From the IMG/VR virus record IMGVR_UViG_2541047913_000007: a DNA stretch of 64,000 nucleotides; one strand, given 5' to 3'. A model generated the notes under the pieces. The model did not search any database. It had not been told where the DNA came from and worked only from the letters and a program-made list of their open reading frames with translations. Origin of the DNA: a virus. Its lineage: Duplodnaviria > Heunggongvirae > Uroviricota > Caudoviricetes. Position 1 is the stretch's first letter. Each line of letters opens with the position of its first letter. The position numbers were made by a program, and so were the translations under genes. Positions 40,612 to 49,451 of this stretch are shown piece by piece.

Positions 40612-42585
40612 TTATGCTGCTACGGCATTCACACCAACAGTAAGACTTTCAATCAGCACAGGGTAAGTTGCCGCATTTCCGGTAATATCCGTAATTGCCA
40701 GCGCGTTGGCCTCAAAGGCTGCATTCGTCCATCTGGTCAGCGTAAACGGTTTTCCTGCTGCATTATCAAGCACCGGCGTGACGTTCAGCGAGCCACCACC
40801 CGGGAAGCGGAAAGTCAGCGTGTGCCAGTCGTGATCGAACGGACCATAACTACCAAGCCGCTGTGATGTGGTGTTTGCATGATACATCACATTGATGTTT
40901 GTTTTATCAGTCTGCAGATAGAAGGCCGCAATATAACCCTCCTCTGATTCCGCTCCCGGCCATCCACTACCGCGCCAGTAAATACCCGCAGAATATTGAT
41001 TTGCAGAAGCATTGAGAGATACATCATCGGGGATTTTAAAGCGCAGCGTGATTTCACCGCCGTTATCGAACAGCTCCTTCCCCTTACCGGCATCAATTGC
41101 GTGCGATACTTTCCAGGTCTTTTTCTGTGCAAGACCATTTTCTGGTTTTTCAAGACGAAGGGCTTTTTTACCTGAACCACTGTCACTGACCAGCGTGTTT
41201 TTGACATCTGTCAGCGTCCAGCCCTGCGAAGCCAGATCGGCATTTTCCGCATTCGCATCATAAGCCAGCACTGACTGTATCTTTGTCGGGACAACGGATT
41301 CAGGCTGAGTATCGCCACTCTCCTGTGCTGGTTGCGATACGCCTCCGCCTGAAGAAACCGCGGCTTTTGTCACTTTCCCGGAAACAAAATCTGCCACTCT
41401 GCCCACATGCAGAAGAATGGCTGTTGCCAGACGGTCGGAAATAATTCCGCGACGCGCCCATGAACCAAAGTGGGTTTTACGATCGGATGTTGTCCAGCTC
41501 TTCGCATCCGTTCGTCCACCGGAACCATAATACCCGATAGCCGGAATATCCGGGTCTTCTGACGGTTCATTGGTCCCGACTTTCTGACCATTGTCATCCA
41601 TCATAAACGGCACAAAGAAGATATTTTTACCGGCTTTGGTTTTGTATGCGCCATAGACGGCATCGTATTGCGCTGAATACGTCTCCTTCCAGTAGTACGT
41701 CGTGTCACCACAAATCCAGGGCACCAGAGAAGGAGAAGCACCAGCGCACTGACCGGATACTCCCGCCAGGTCAGAACGGTATTTTTCCACCATGGCATCA
41801 AACATGGCGGGCTGACTGGCGTACGCTCCCTGTTTTAAATCAAACTCGCCCTGCATCCAGACAACACAAAGCAGTATGTTTTTGGGGTTTGCCTTCAGCG
41901 CGGCCTGAGTGCGTGTCAGCAGGTCTTTATACAACGGCTTATCAACGCCCCATCGTTCAGATTTATCCGACGCTCCTGAACTTTCACTGAACGTTCCGTC
42001 AGCACCGGCTGTAAACGCAGAGCCACCACGACAGCACGGCACTAACAAAATACCCGCATTTTCCGGCATAAAGGGCAACAGCTTTTTGGCAATATGCAAT
42101 CCCTGTCCGACACACCCATACTGCTCTGCGCTGGCTTTCGGATGAGAAAAACGGCTCAAATCCTGCACATCATGCAGGCAGTGGTCCGCCGGAATGATGT
42201 CGTTATATGCACAGGCCGCACCACCCGGTGTCACCGTACTGCGACGCGCCAGCTGTTTAATACGCGGGTCCGGACGGTCATATGTCTCCGGCAGCGGCAG
42301 GCCTTCACCATACGCCATGCCGTTTGACTGTCCGGCCAGCGCAATGACAAAGTAATATTCTGGTTCAACAACAACAGTCCGGGTACCATCTCCCCCCGGT
42401 GAAACTACCGGAGAGGTCATATCCCCTTCAGCGACTATAGCCTGGATAAATTCAGCACCATAACCCGCGTTTGAGATAATCGGACTACCATAGGGTTGCC
42501 AGCCTTCCTTCAGTTTTTGCGTCAGTTTTCCTGCGAGGTCTGACGGCGATGATGCCCTGACCACGTCATAGTGTTTAAATGCCAT
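40612..42585 (-). CDS. nanS-p: Prophage-encoded sialate O-acetylesterase-like protein (NanS-p type)
   Basis: Start at MAFKHYDVV with GGGAGGAA RBS; SGNH/SASA-like esterase region (ALAGQSNGMAYGEG); located between Q and lysis genes as in Stx phages. Confidence 0.65.
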   Translation of the reverse strand: MAFKHYDVVRASSPSDLAGKLTQKLKEGWQPYGSPIISNAGYGAEFIQAIVAEGDMTSPVVSPGGDGTRTVVVEPEYYFVIALAGQSNGMAYGEGLPLPETYDRPDPRIKQLARRSTVTPGGAACAYNDIIPADHCLHDVQDLSRFSHPKASAEQYGCVGQGLHIAKKLLPFMPENAGILLVPCCRGGSAFTAGADGTFSESSGASDKSERWGVDKPLYKDLLTRTQAALKANPKNILLCVVWMQGEFDLKQGAYASQPAMFDAMVEKYRSDLAGVSGQCAGASPSLVPWICGDTTYYWKETYSAQYDAVYGAYKTKAGKNIFFVPFMMDDNGQKVGTNEPSEDPDIPAIGYYGSGGRTDAKSWTTSDRKTHFGSWARRGIISDRLATAILLHVGRVADFVSGKVTKAAVSSGGGVSQPAQESGDTQPESVVPTKIQSVLAYDANAENADLASQGWTLTDVKNTLVSDSGSGKKALRLEKPENGLAQKKTWKVSHAIDAGKGKELFDNGGEITLRFKIPDDVSLNASANQYSAGIYWRGSGWPGAESEEGYIAAFYLQTDKTNINVMYHANTTSQRLGSYGPFDHDWHTLTFRFPGGGSLNVTPVLDNAAGKPFTLTRWTNAAFEANALAITDITGNAATYPVLIESLTVGVNAVAA

Positions 42586-42786
42586 TATTCCTCCCGGCAG
42601 GGATAGTGTATGCAATCAAGATAAGGTGCGGGCTGACGTCAGTCATGGACAAGGGTTCAGAAACAGGAGGATGACTACAGCCCGCAATACGAAAAAGACC
42701 ATACAGTTGCGCAGAGTGATTACTATCAGGTATTATTCGCCAGCTGAAAATTGATCACTTCACGTTTTGTTGTTTATTCCTTGCCA

Positions 42787-42817
42787 CCCGCGCTTCCCGG
42801 CGCGGGCTTTTTTTTAT
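42787..42817 (+). terminator. Intrinsic terminator (plus strand) upstream of nanS-p
   Basis: CCCGCGCTTCCCGGCGCGGG + TTTTTTTTAT. Confidence 0.6.
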
Positions 42818-42819
42818 CC

Positions 42820-43540
42820 AACAAGAAAGCCCCTCCGGAGAGGGGCTGGAGAGTAGCGCTATGTACCGTTCATGCATGGTGCAGGGTGCCTCCCGGTGAG
42901 TTCAGTATCAGCACCTGAACCCGCACCAGAAAGGATAAGGGGTGTGACCAAACACCTGTCGCTGATATGCCCCTCCGCACAGGGGGATTCACCATGCCAT
43001 ATTTTTTTAACAAACTTCCCGCTGGCCAGACAATAATCGCCAGCCTGAATTGTGAGTAACGTGGCATTTTACGGGAAAACTGTTTTCTGCAGTAAAAAGG
43101 CCCGCCGGAGCGAGCCTGGAAGGATAGCGGTCATGTGATGCCGGTTTCCCGGTAACTCAGCATCGGTATCTGAGTCAACGTTTTCTCTACTGGGTCATTT
43201 CCGATACGTTCCGCCTTCCGGCAGACTTTCATCACGTCAGAAAATATAGCACCCTGAGTAACAGGACAGTACTCAGAATTCAGGAAACTGTGACACATCC
43301 TGCACAGAAAAGCCCCTCCGGAGAGGGGCTGAAGTATAGCCTAATTTCTGTCTGTCGCATGGTGCCAGGTGCCTCCCGGTAAATTCAGCCTGGCTACTGA
43401 ATTTGCATGTTCGCTGGATCATACACTTTGCCAGATGCCCCGCCGCTGAGGGGGATTCACCACGCGATGCAATTTTTAACAAATTCTCCGGCAGCCAGAC
43501 AATCATCAAGCTGTGGAATTGTGAGGTATTTAAAAATTTC
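42820..43540. repeat. Three tandem copies (two complete, one partial) of a ~200-bp structured element in the Q-nanS intergenic space
   Basis: Shared blocks AAGCCCCTCCGGAGAGGGGCT, GCATGGTGC.GGGTGCCTCCCGGT, a second hairpin with covarying stem (GTTCAG/CTGAAC vs AAATTCAG/CTGAATTT vs ACTCAG/CTGAGT), GGGGGATTCACCA, ..GCCAGACAAT..TGAATTGTGAG. Confidence 0.7.
42828..42860 (-). terminator. Intrinsic terminator on late-transcript strand
   Basis: Minus-strand hairpin AGCCCCTCTCCGGAGGGGCT followed by TTCTTGTTGG. Confidence 0.5.
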
Positions 43541-44035
43541 GCAGCCTCTTGCCACCCGCTTTTCACAAAAATCGTATGTAGAAGGCCGCAGCGTAACTAT
43601 CACTGATGAATTCAGGACACCCAGAGGCTACGGCTCAGTTTGGATTGTGGCGGCCGGAATCGAACCAGCTCCCATCGGTGCGCTGCCGATTACAATACGC
43701 GCGGCGATCCGCTACATGACTAGTATTTTCACAGTCGCCTGTCTGCTAGCTCGCCATTGAGCTTCACCACAACGATAAGAGCACTGCGCACACCTTTCAC
43801 CAATTCCACGAGGTCTGCGGGTTCAATGCTCTTACCTGTTGTGCAAACAAAAAGCCCCGACATTTCTGCCGAGGCCTTTACCTAATCTAGCCAGTATGCC
43901 GATCCTAAATATTATCGACGACCGAGGTAAATCAGGATTTCTCTTTCGCTTCTCAGTGCGCTTTTGCTCCGAGCATACACAAAACATACTACTTTCATTT
44001 CTCGAAAGCAACGCATTTACAAAAAATATTTTGCA

Positions 44036-44650
44036 TCATCCAGCAATCACTAGAAGTTCTTTCTCCAATTCTCGCTTCATTGCATAAAACATTTCTGAAT
44101 CAAGGACCCTCTCGCACCACACGACCCGCCTCCGGCAATACTGAATATCAACTCCTGTTATCTGAGAAATCATCCTGGCGATATCTTGCGTGCTGTCGCG
44201 ATTGCAATATCGCCTAATAGCTACATCACGGACAGGGCTTTCACGATGAAAGGTCTCAACCATCACACGTTCAACGAAAGCAGCATCATCGGATTCTTTG
44301 GCGAGAGCAATGATATTACCTGCCGATGACTGAGGGATGACCAGTTCTCGGGCTTTCTGATGGAGTTCATCTCCACGTAGTCCGTCTTCTTCATACAGAC
44401 GCATGACAACAGACTCAATCTGCTTAGCTTTGTCATCGCTCCACTGACTGCGAATCATCAGTCGCCCAATAACGTTAATTGCACCACAAGGAGAATCATC
44501 ACCAGCGTTAACATTTCCCCATACCTGTAGCATGTAGTGAACCCATGCTTTCTGACGAGAGTTAATGATTTTCTTCGGATGCCTCCATATGCGGCGGAAA
44601 TGAGCATCATTAATAAAGTTAACCATGCCGAATACTGGGGTTAGCCGCAT
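44036..44650 (-). CDS. Q: Late-gene antiterminator Q-like protein
   Basis: Position directly after ninH and before the late region; Cys-rich C-terminus; start set at MRLTPVF (ATGA coupling with upstream ORF). Confidence 0.6.
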   Translation of the reverse strand: MRLTPVFGMVNFINDAHFRRIWRHPKKIINSRQKAWVHYMLQVWGNVNAGDDSPCGAINVIGRLMIRSQWSDDKAKQIESVVMRLYEEDGLRGDELHQKARELVIPQSSAGNIIALAKESDDAAFVERVMVETFHRESPVRDVAIRRYCNRDSTQDIARMISQITGVDIQYCRRRVVWCERVLDSEMFYAMKRELEKELLVIAG

Positions 44651-44892
44651 CACAGCCCCCATCCTTTACAATGACACCACACTTCAAACATTCGTTTCAC
44701 AACTTCACGGCAGTAGAAGCCGTCAGCATCACATGTCAGGTCATAGCGATCTCCGTGCTTCAGTCTCATATAGCATTCGAATAATCTGTTCATATACTCT
44801 TCGCCATGAACTCCGCTATTACGCTGCTCATGCGCTTTTCCAGACGACCTGAATAAAGCCATGCGTTCAGGCACCTGCTGAATATCACGCAT
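44650..44892 (-). CDS. Hypothetical nin-region protein
   Basis: Small Cys/His-containing ORF between ninH and Q. Confidence 0.35.
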   Translation of the reverse strand: MRDIQQVPERMALFRSSGKAHEQRNSGVHGEEYMNRLFECYMRLKHGDRYDLTCDADGFYCREVVKRMFEVWCHCKGWGL

Positions 44893-45085
44893 CAGTAGCT
44901 TTCCCCTTATCCCATCCACGGTGAACCATAAGGACACCGTTGACGACGGCGTGCCGTTTGCCTTCTTTATCACCGACATATTTTCTGACCGTAGCACGAT
45001 TACAGTTCAGTTTTCGTGAAACTTCAGTCATATTGCCTCGTGCCTGGATAAGCAATTCCGGTATTGTTTGAATTGTGGCGTTCAT
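44885..45085 (-). CDS. ninH: NinH
   Basis: 66 aa; ..IPELLIQARGNMTEVSRKLNCNRATVRKYVGDKEGKRHAVVNGVLMVHRGW matches lambda NinH as recalled. Confidence 0.8.
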   Translation of the reverse strand: MNATIQTIPELLIQARGNMTEVSRKLNCNRATVRKYVGDKEGKRHAVVNGVLMVHRGWDKGKATDA

Positions 45086-45444
45086 ATGTTCTCCAGTTCG
45101 GTGATTTTTATCCCCACTCTACCGCCAGGCACTTTCACGCCGCGAATTACGCGAATGTCATCGAATTGCACGTCGTCTTCCGCAAATCCGGCGTGGATAA
45201 GAGAGTCGAGTAAACCTTTCAGGATGTTATCGAGGTCGCGACGGCGGGAATCTGGTGGTTCAGCAATAATTGTGATGCGAAGTCGTGATTTAGTGAAAAT
45301 GTCTAATCTGAGTTGCCGGATGATTTGCTGTACGTCTTTTCGGTATTTCTGGCCTTTATCGCTGATGTAGTACTGGCTTCCCCGTCTTCGCCAGTAGGTA
45401 TTCACCGTCGGCGGCCAGGGAAGCACAAACTCATATTCATTCAT
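45082..45444 (-). CDS. rusA: Holliday junction resolvase RusA
   Basis: 120 aa with LPWPPTVN..RRRDLDN.. motifs. Confidence 0.85.
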   Translation of the reverse strand: MNEYEFVLPWPPTVNTYWRRRGSQYYISDKGQKYRKDVQQIIRQLRLDIFTKSRLRITIIAEPPDSRRRDLDNILKGLLDSLIHAGFAEDDVQFDDIRVIRGVKVPGGRVGIKITELENI

Positions 45445-45770
45445 GACTTAATCTTCCCCTCCTTCAGCAATATCGCCAGCGTCCTGATCACGCCTTCCAG
45501 GTGGTAAAGTCTGGCGTCGTTGTTGTCGAGAATGCGAGTACGGCGATCGATTTCATTATGGCAGTCACTACAGGCCCATGCAGCCAACAGATCATCTGGC
45601 TTTGTTCCCGTTCCGCAAATTCCAGCCATTCGGTAATGCGCCAGAACTGTAGTTTCAGGGTTGCCATTGCATACGCCATAAATCCGTACCTGGCATTCTC
45701 TGCCGCGCGCTTCTTTGCGTAGGTTTGTCATCATCTTATTCCTCATGCAGTAGGCTATCCGGAGTGACAA
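45441..45770 (-). CDS. DUF1364/YbcO-like Cys-rich nin-region protein
   Basis: Cys cluster ([16 protein letters not shown]); start possibly at internal Met. Confidence 0.5.
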   Translation of the reverse strand: MSLRIAYCMRNKMMTNLRKEARGRECQVRIYGVCNGNPETTVLAHYRMAGICGTGTKPDDLLAAWACSDCHNEIDRRTRILDNNDARLYHLEGVIRTLAILLKEGKIKS

Positions 45771-45946
45771 TTAAATCTTGCTCGACGCCTTAGCCACCGG
45801 ATATCCCACAGGTGAGCCGTATAGTTGAAGGTTTTAACATCAGATTCTTTGGGGACTGGCCTGGGTTTATTTCGGGAGCGTTTGGTTGGAAGGTAATTGC
45901 AGTTTTCACAGACGATATCGGTGATGCTTCGTCGCTGTCGTCTCAT
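45755..45946 (-). CDS. ninE: NinE
   Basis: 63 aa [28 protein letters not shown]...[19 protein letters not shown] matches lambda NinE as recalled. Confidence 0.8.
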   Translation of the reverse strand: MRRQRRSITDIVCENCNYLPTKRSRNKPRPVPKESDVKTFNYTAHLWDIRWLRRRARFNCHSG

Positions 45947-46353
45947 TCATACCTCCTGTCGGTAAATCTGACACCCTGATCCACAGCCCAGGAAGTTGTG
46001 TACTCAATCAGGCTTGCCATACGCTTCACGCTCATCTGCGCACTGCTTTCGCGGATATTGACGTATTCACCTTCAAGACCTGGCAAAACATCAGCTTCCT
46101 GTTTTGTCGCCACGGCATGACCGCTGATTAACAAAACTTTCCACTGTTCTGGTTTTAGCCACCTGCCGCACCACTTAACCTGGCGGGATATATCAGCGAC
46201 CATCGCGTGAAATTTTGCATTTTGAGCGAGATTACGCTTGTAATCGGTGATACGGATCGTAACGGGTTTGTCTTTATCGAGAGTTGTTGCAAGGATGGCG
46301 TTAATGGCGAATTGTTGCTGCTGCTTACTTCGGAGGAAGATAGTCTGGTTCAT
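45943..46353 (-). CDS. ninB: NinB recombination protein
   Basis: 136 aa, aligns with lambda NinB pattern (..NAI..I......KP.......R..R.L.QN.K..A...D.SRQV.W.GRWL..E.WK..). Confidence 0.8.
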   Translation of the reverse strand: MNQTIFLRSKQQQQFAINAILATTLDKDKPVTIRITDYKRNLAQNAKFHAMVADISRQVKWCGRWLKPEQWKVLLISGHAVATKQEADVLPGLEGEYVNIRESSAQMSVKRMASLIEYTTSWAVDQGVRFTDRRYE

Positions 46354-46380
46354 TATTCCCTCTCACTGGATTTTCCCAAC

Positions 46381-46404
46381 AAAAAAGGAGCCGAAGCTCC
46401 TTTA
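46381..46404 (-). terminator. Intrinsic terminator after roi/ant-like gene
   Basis: Same hairpin as at 3692-3716 in inverted orientation. Confidence 0.55.
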
Positions 46405-46407
46405 GTT

Positions 46408-47079
46408 TCAGAATTCAAATTGTCTTGCCCGCAGGCTTTTCAGCATTGGCATGGCCCGCTGGATAACGGAACTTGACATGTCGAGACGTGTTACCTCCCT
46501 TAGTAGCGCGTCTCTGTTCTTCGTCACCATGTAGATAGTCTCAAACGCAATGTCATACAGCTTGTTCGTGTATGAGGAGTTCAGCTCTTTCATTATGGGG
46601 TACAGCTGCTTGCTAAGGTCCTGGGCTTTTTCCATCCAGAGTTGCATGTAGCAAAGGAGGATGATTTCCTCGGCTGTGAATTGTGGCTGAATCTGCGGCT
46701 GCTGTTCGGTTGGTGCTGTTTTTCCCTGGCTGAAATAGCAGTCTTCCAGTTTTTCGAACACCTCCCACGCCCGATCGGTTTCGAGCATTTTTGCATGACG
46801 GGCAGCGCCGCGTTCAGTCCAGAGGATGAGGGAACGAACGTTACGGGCAATTTTCACAGAGTAGTTAAAAGCTACTCTGTGCTTGAACTCACGTAAAGTT
46901 TCACCTTCAAGTTTGAAGAAGTGTTTTTCCTCAATGAAACGACCTTTGTTTTCGTGGTGATTCTGGCGAATACGAATAGCTTCTGTGCCGTAAAGGTGCG
47001 CCAAAAGTTCAGTAGTGATAACGGGGATCTGCTTGTAAGTAATCGTGGAGAGTGTTTCAACAGAAACTTGAGTTGTCAT
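46408..47079 (-). CDS. ORF6N/KilA-N-type antirepressor-like protein (Roi-like) sharing its C-terminal domain with the ant-like gene at 3058-3687
   Basis: N-terminal ..YGTEAIRIRQNHHENKGRFIEEKHFFKLEGETLREFK; C-terminal ~100 aa near-identical to ORF 3058-3687. Confidence 0.65.
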   Translation of the reverse strand: MTTQVSVETLSTITYKQIPVITTELLAHLYGTEAIRIRQNHHENKGRFIEEKHFFKLEGETLREFKHRVAFNYSVKIARNVRSLILWTERGAARHAKMLETDRAWEVFEKLEDCYFSQGKTAPTEQQPQIQPQFTAEEIILLCYMQLWMEKAQDLSKQLYPIMKELNSSYTNKLYDIAFETIYMVTKNRDALLREVTRLDMSSSVIQRAMPMLKSLRARQFEF

Positions 47080-47242
47080 AGTGACGCCTCCGGTTGATGA
47101 GTTTTTCATTCACCACCGTCAGGTTCCTAATCATCGGGTGGCGAGACGTACAGGGTTAGGAACTACCGGATCAACCAACCGGCCAGCCTTTCGGCTGCCC
47201 CATACGCCCCACCATAATTCAGATGTGCGTGTGCATACGACA

Positions 47243-47266
47243 ATAAAAAACACGCTCGCGGCGTGT
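47243..47266 (-). terminator. tR2-like intrinsic terminator between replication/cargo region and nin region
   Basis: Minus-strand hairpin ACACGCCGCGAGCGTGT followed by TTTTTTATT. Confidence 0.55.
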
Positions 47267-47366
47267 GTCTGTCGCGGTTGAATATCCGGGGTTCCTAATC
47301 CCGACGCCAGATTTTGCTGGCGTGCGGTGAATATAATCCCGGATACCTATTTTTGTCAAACAACCG

Positions 47367-47394
47367 TTGCGCATTACACAACAGTCGCTATAAT
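47367..47394 (+). promoter_or_regulatory. Putative sigma70 promoter of higBA (-35 TTGCGC, 16-bp spacer, -10 TATAAT)
   Basis: Direct reading, about 30 bp upstream of higB start. Confidence 0.45.
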
Positions 47395-47422
47395 GATTCG
47401 CGTAACGCAACAGGAAACAAGC

Positions 47423-47701
47423 ATGATAAAAAGCTGGAAACACAAAGGACTTCAACGTTTCTTTGAAACAGGAAATGCATCAGGCATAAATCCCAATCAC
47501 GTTAAACGCCTGAGAACGCGCCTTCAGGTAATAGATCAAGCTGAAATCATTGATGATATTAACCTTGCCGGGTACAGGCTGCACCAGTTGCAGGGGGACA
47601 GATCCGATACATGGTCTGTCACCGTCTCCGGTAACTGGAGAATCACATTCGAGTTTCGGAACGGCGATGCTTATATTCTTAACTACGAGGATTACCACTA
47701 A
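47423..47701 (+). CDS. higB: HigB-type toxin (RelE/ParE superfamily)
   Basis: MIKSWKHKGLQRFFETG...GNWRITFEFRNGDAYILNYEDYH strongly resembles plasmid Rts1-type HigB as recalled; toxin-first order with overlapping antitoxin gene. Confidence 0.85.
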   Translation: MIKSWKHKGLQRFFETGNASGINPNHVKRLRTRLQVIDQAEIIDDINLAGYRLHQLQGDRSDTWSVTVSGNWRITFEFRNGDAYILNYEDYH

Positions 47702-48006
47702 TGGCGATGTTTAACCCCCCTCATCCCGGAGAAATTATTGCTGATATTCTGGAAGATCAGAATATTGGAATCAGGGAACTGGCAAGAGCGCTTGATGTCG
47801 CGCCTTCCACTGTTCAGCGACTGGTTTCAGGTAATGCGACAATATCTCCTGAAATGGCTGTTCGTCTCGCTGCTGTCCTGGGTGGAACTCCGTCTTCATG
47901 GATTCGTCTCCAGACGGCATGGAGCCTCGAAAAAGCGGAAAGAGAAGTTGACGTATCTCATCTCTCAACAAAATACCGCCCGGCAGAAATTTCGCCTCAT
48001 GCTTAA
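47701..48006 (+). CDS. higA: HigA antitoxin (XRE-type HTH)
   Basis: HTH IRELARALDVAPSTVQRLVSG; 1-bp overlap with higB. Confidence 0.85.
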   Translation: MAMFNPPHPGEIIADILEDQNIGIRELARALDVAPSTVQRLVSGNATISPEMAVRLAAVLGGTPSSWIRLQTAWSLEKAEREVDVSHLSTKYRPAEISPHA

Positions 48007-48297
48007 CCACCGCGCCGTCATTCTGGCGGCGCTTTACCCCAGAGAAATATCAATCACCGGATTACCACATCCCACTCCGGCTCCTGCCATCTCAAATCCG
48101 GTGAATCATTTCTCTCAGGAATAACCATTACGTCCTTTTCCCTTCGCTCCCTTTCTATCGCCATCACAGCCAATGCTGCAACCATGATGTATTTTTGTTC
48201 GTCGGTTCCTGTTTCATAACGACGCATGAGGGTAAACTCGGGGCGATCAGTAACCTCAATGATTTCGTTAATTTCTTTAATTTCGCGAGGAATATCC

Positions 48298-48972
48298 ATG
48301 GGTTTAGTCTCCTTTGATATCACATGCCCGCACTGTTTAAAAGAGCGAGCTGTTATTGAGGCATTTGCCGAAAAACAAATTGAAAAAACACCTTTTTTTA
48401 ACGTCGCTTTTGTATGCAGAAGTTGTCATCGAGGAGGTGTTGCTATTGTTGAAATCCCATCAGACCACTATCACGGTCCCATGGCGGAAAGCCAGAAAAA
48501 AGACCTCGATATTCTGATTTCAGGAAATAGCCAGTACCGTTTCCGCAAGATCTATCCTGTGGTCAAAAAAATTACCGCACCAGAATATACGCCCCCGGTT
48601 GCAGACCGTACTTTTGTTGAGGCAAAAGAGGATTTACAGAGGAGGCGGTACGACACAGTGGTTATTCTTTGTCGCAGAGTCCTCGATATCTCCACGAAAA
48701 AACTGCTCGGCGATGAAGCAGGAAAAGAATCGCTGTCGCAACGTATTCAGATGATTTACAAAAAAGGCCTGATCACTGAACAGATGAAGGAATGGGCTCA
48801 TATTGTACGAATTGATGCCAATAAAGCAGTTCATACAGATGAAGTTTTCACACCAATTGAGGCAAGCCAGATCCTGAGTTTTACCGAAATGTTTTTAGTC
48901 TACGCCTTCACTCTGCCTGCAATGGTGGAAGCCAGACGTGAACAAAAAAGATCAGATTCAGCCTCTATATGA
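48298..48972 (+). CDS. Zinc-ribbon plus DUF4145-like domain protein (defence-associated domain family)
   Basis: Start at MGLVSFDITCPHC with AGGAA RBS; CPHC..(16)..CRSCH zinc ribbon; C-terminal region with R..AN.A.H pattern (IVRIDANKAVH) recalled as DUF4145-like. Confidence 0.5.
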   Translation: MGLVSFDITCPHCLKERAVIEAFAEKQIEKTPFFNVAFVCRSCHRGGVAIVEIPSDHYHGPMAESQKKDLDILISGNSQYRFRKIYPVVKKITAPEYTPPVADRTFVEAKEDLQRRRYDTVVILCRRVLDISTKKLLGDEAGKESLSQRIQMIYKKGLITEQMKEWAHIVRIDANKAVHTDEVFTPIEASQILSFTEMFLVYAFTLPAMVEARREQKRSDSASI

Positions 48973-49004
48973 ATCACTTTTCTGAACACGTAAGCCCCCG
49001 TCAT

Positions 49005-49436
49005 TCACGACGGGGAGAACATCAATCCCTCTGCACTCCCTCGCCAGAATGCCAGCACACGCTGCATCGTTTCGCTGTTACGGCACTCGCGACAAATTGT
49101 GTTGTAGCGTCTGTCGTAGCGCCGTATTTCCCCATCTGGTAATGCCCGGATAAGGTCTGGATCAACGACAACCGGTTTCTTCGACTTTGCCCTTGAGAGT
49201 TTTTTGCGGGCATTTTGCCAGTCCTTACGAGCCTGTTCAGACGGGAATACTCCGTAACCGGAATTGTAAACATCACCACTGGCGGCCAGCTCCATGCATA
49301 AACGACCGACAGACGCATGACTGACACCAATTTCATCCGATAACTGCCGAATCGTGCCTCGTCCGTTAAGGCGTACGAATTCCACGATCAGCCCCTTAAT
49401 TTTTTCCCGCTCTTCTGGTGTAAATGCTCTTGTCAT
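49005..49436 (-). CDS. HTH domain protein of early region
   Basis: GTIRQLSDEIGVSHASVGRLCMELAASGDVY helix-turn-helix. Confidence 0.45.
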   Translation of the reverse strand: MTRAFTPEEREKIKGLIVEFVRLNGRGTIRQLSDEIGVSHASVGRLCMELAASGDVYNSGYGVFPSEQARKDWQNARKKLSRAKSKKPVVVDPDLIRALPDGEIRRYDRRYNTICRECRNSETMQRVLAFWRGSAEGLMFSPS

Positions 49437-49451
49437 AAGCACCTCCGGAGA

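Noticed and set aside
43035-43540. GAATTGTGAG motifs resembling the lac operator half-site at about 43045 and 43520
   Set aside because: Only a 10-bp partial match within a repeated element; no dyad partner; likely coincidental.
43640-43725. Possible tRNA gene on the minus strand (T-arm GCTGG-TTCGATT-CCGGC and acceptor-like CGCCACA)
   Set aside because: I could not build a canonical D-arm or anticodon loop (no U33, no encoded CCA); treated as a tRNA-like remnant pending tRNAscan.
48054-48323. Minus-strand 89-aa ORF overlapping the start of the DUF4145-like gene
   Set aside because: Overlaps the better-supported plus-strand gene start and RBS; no RBS of its own recognised.
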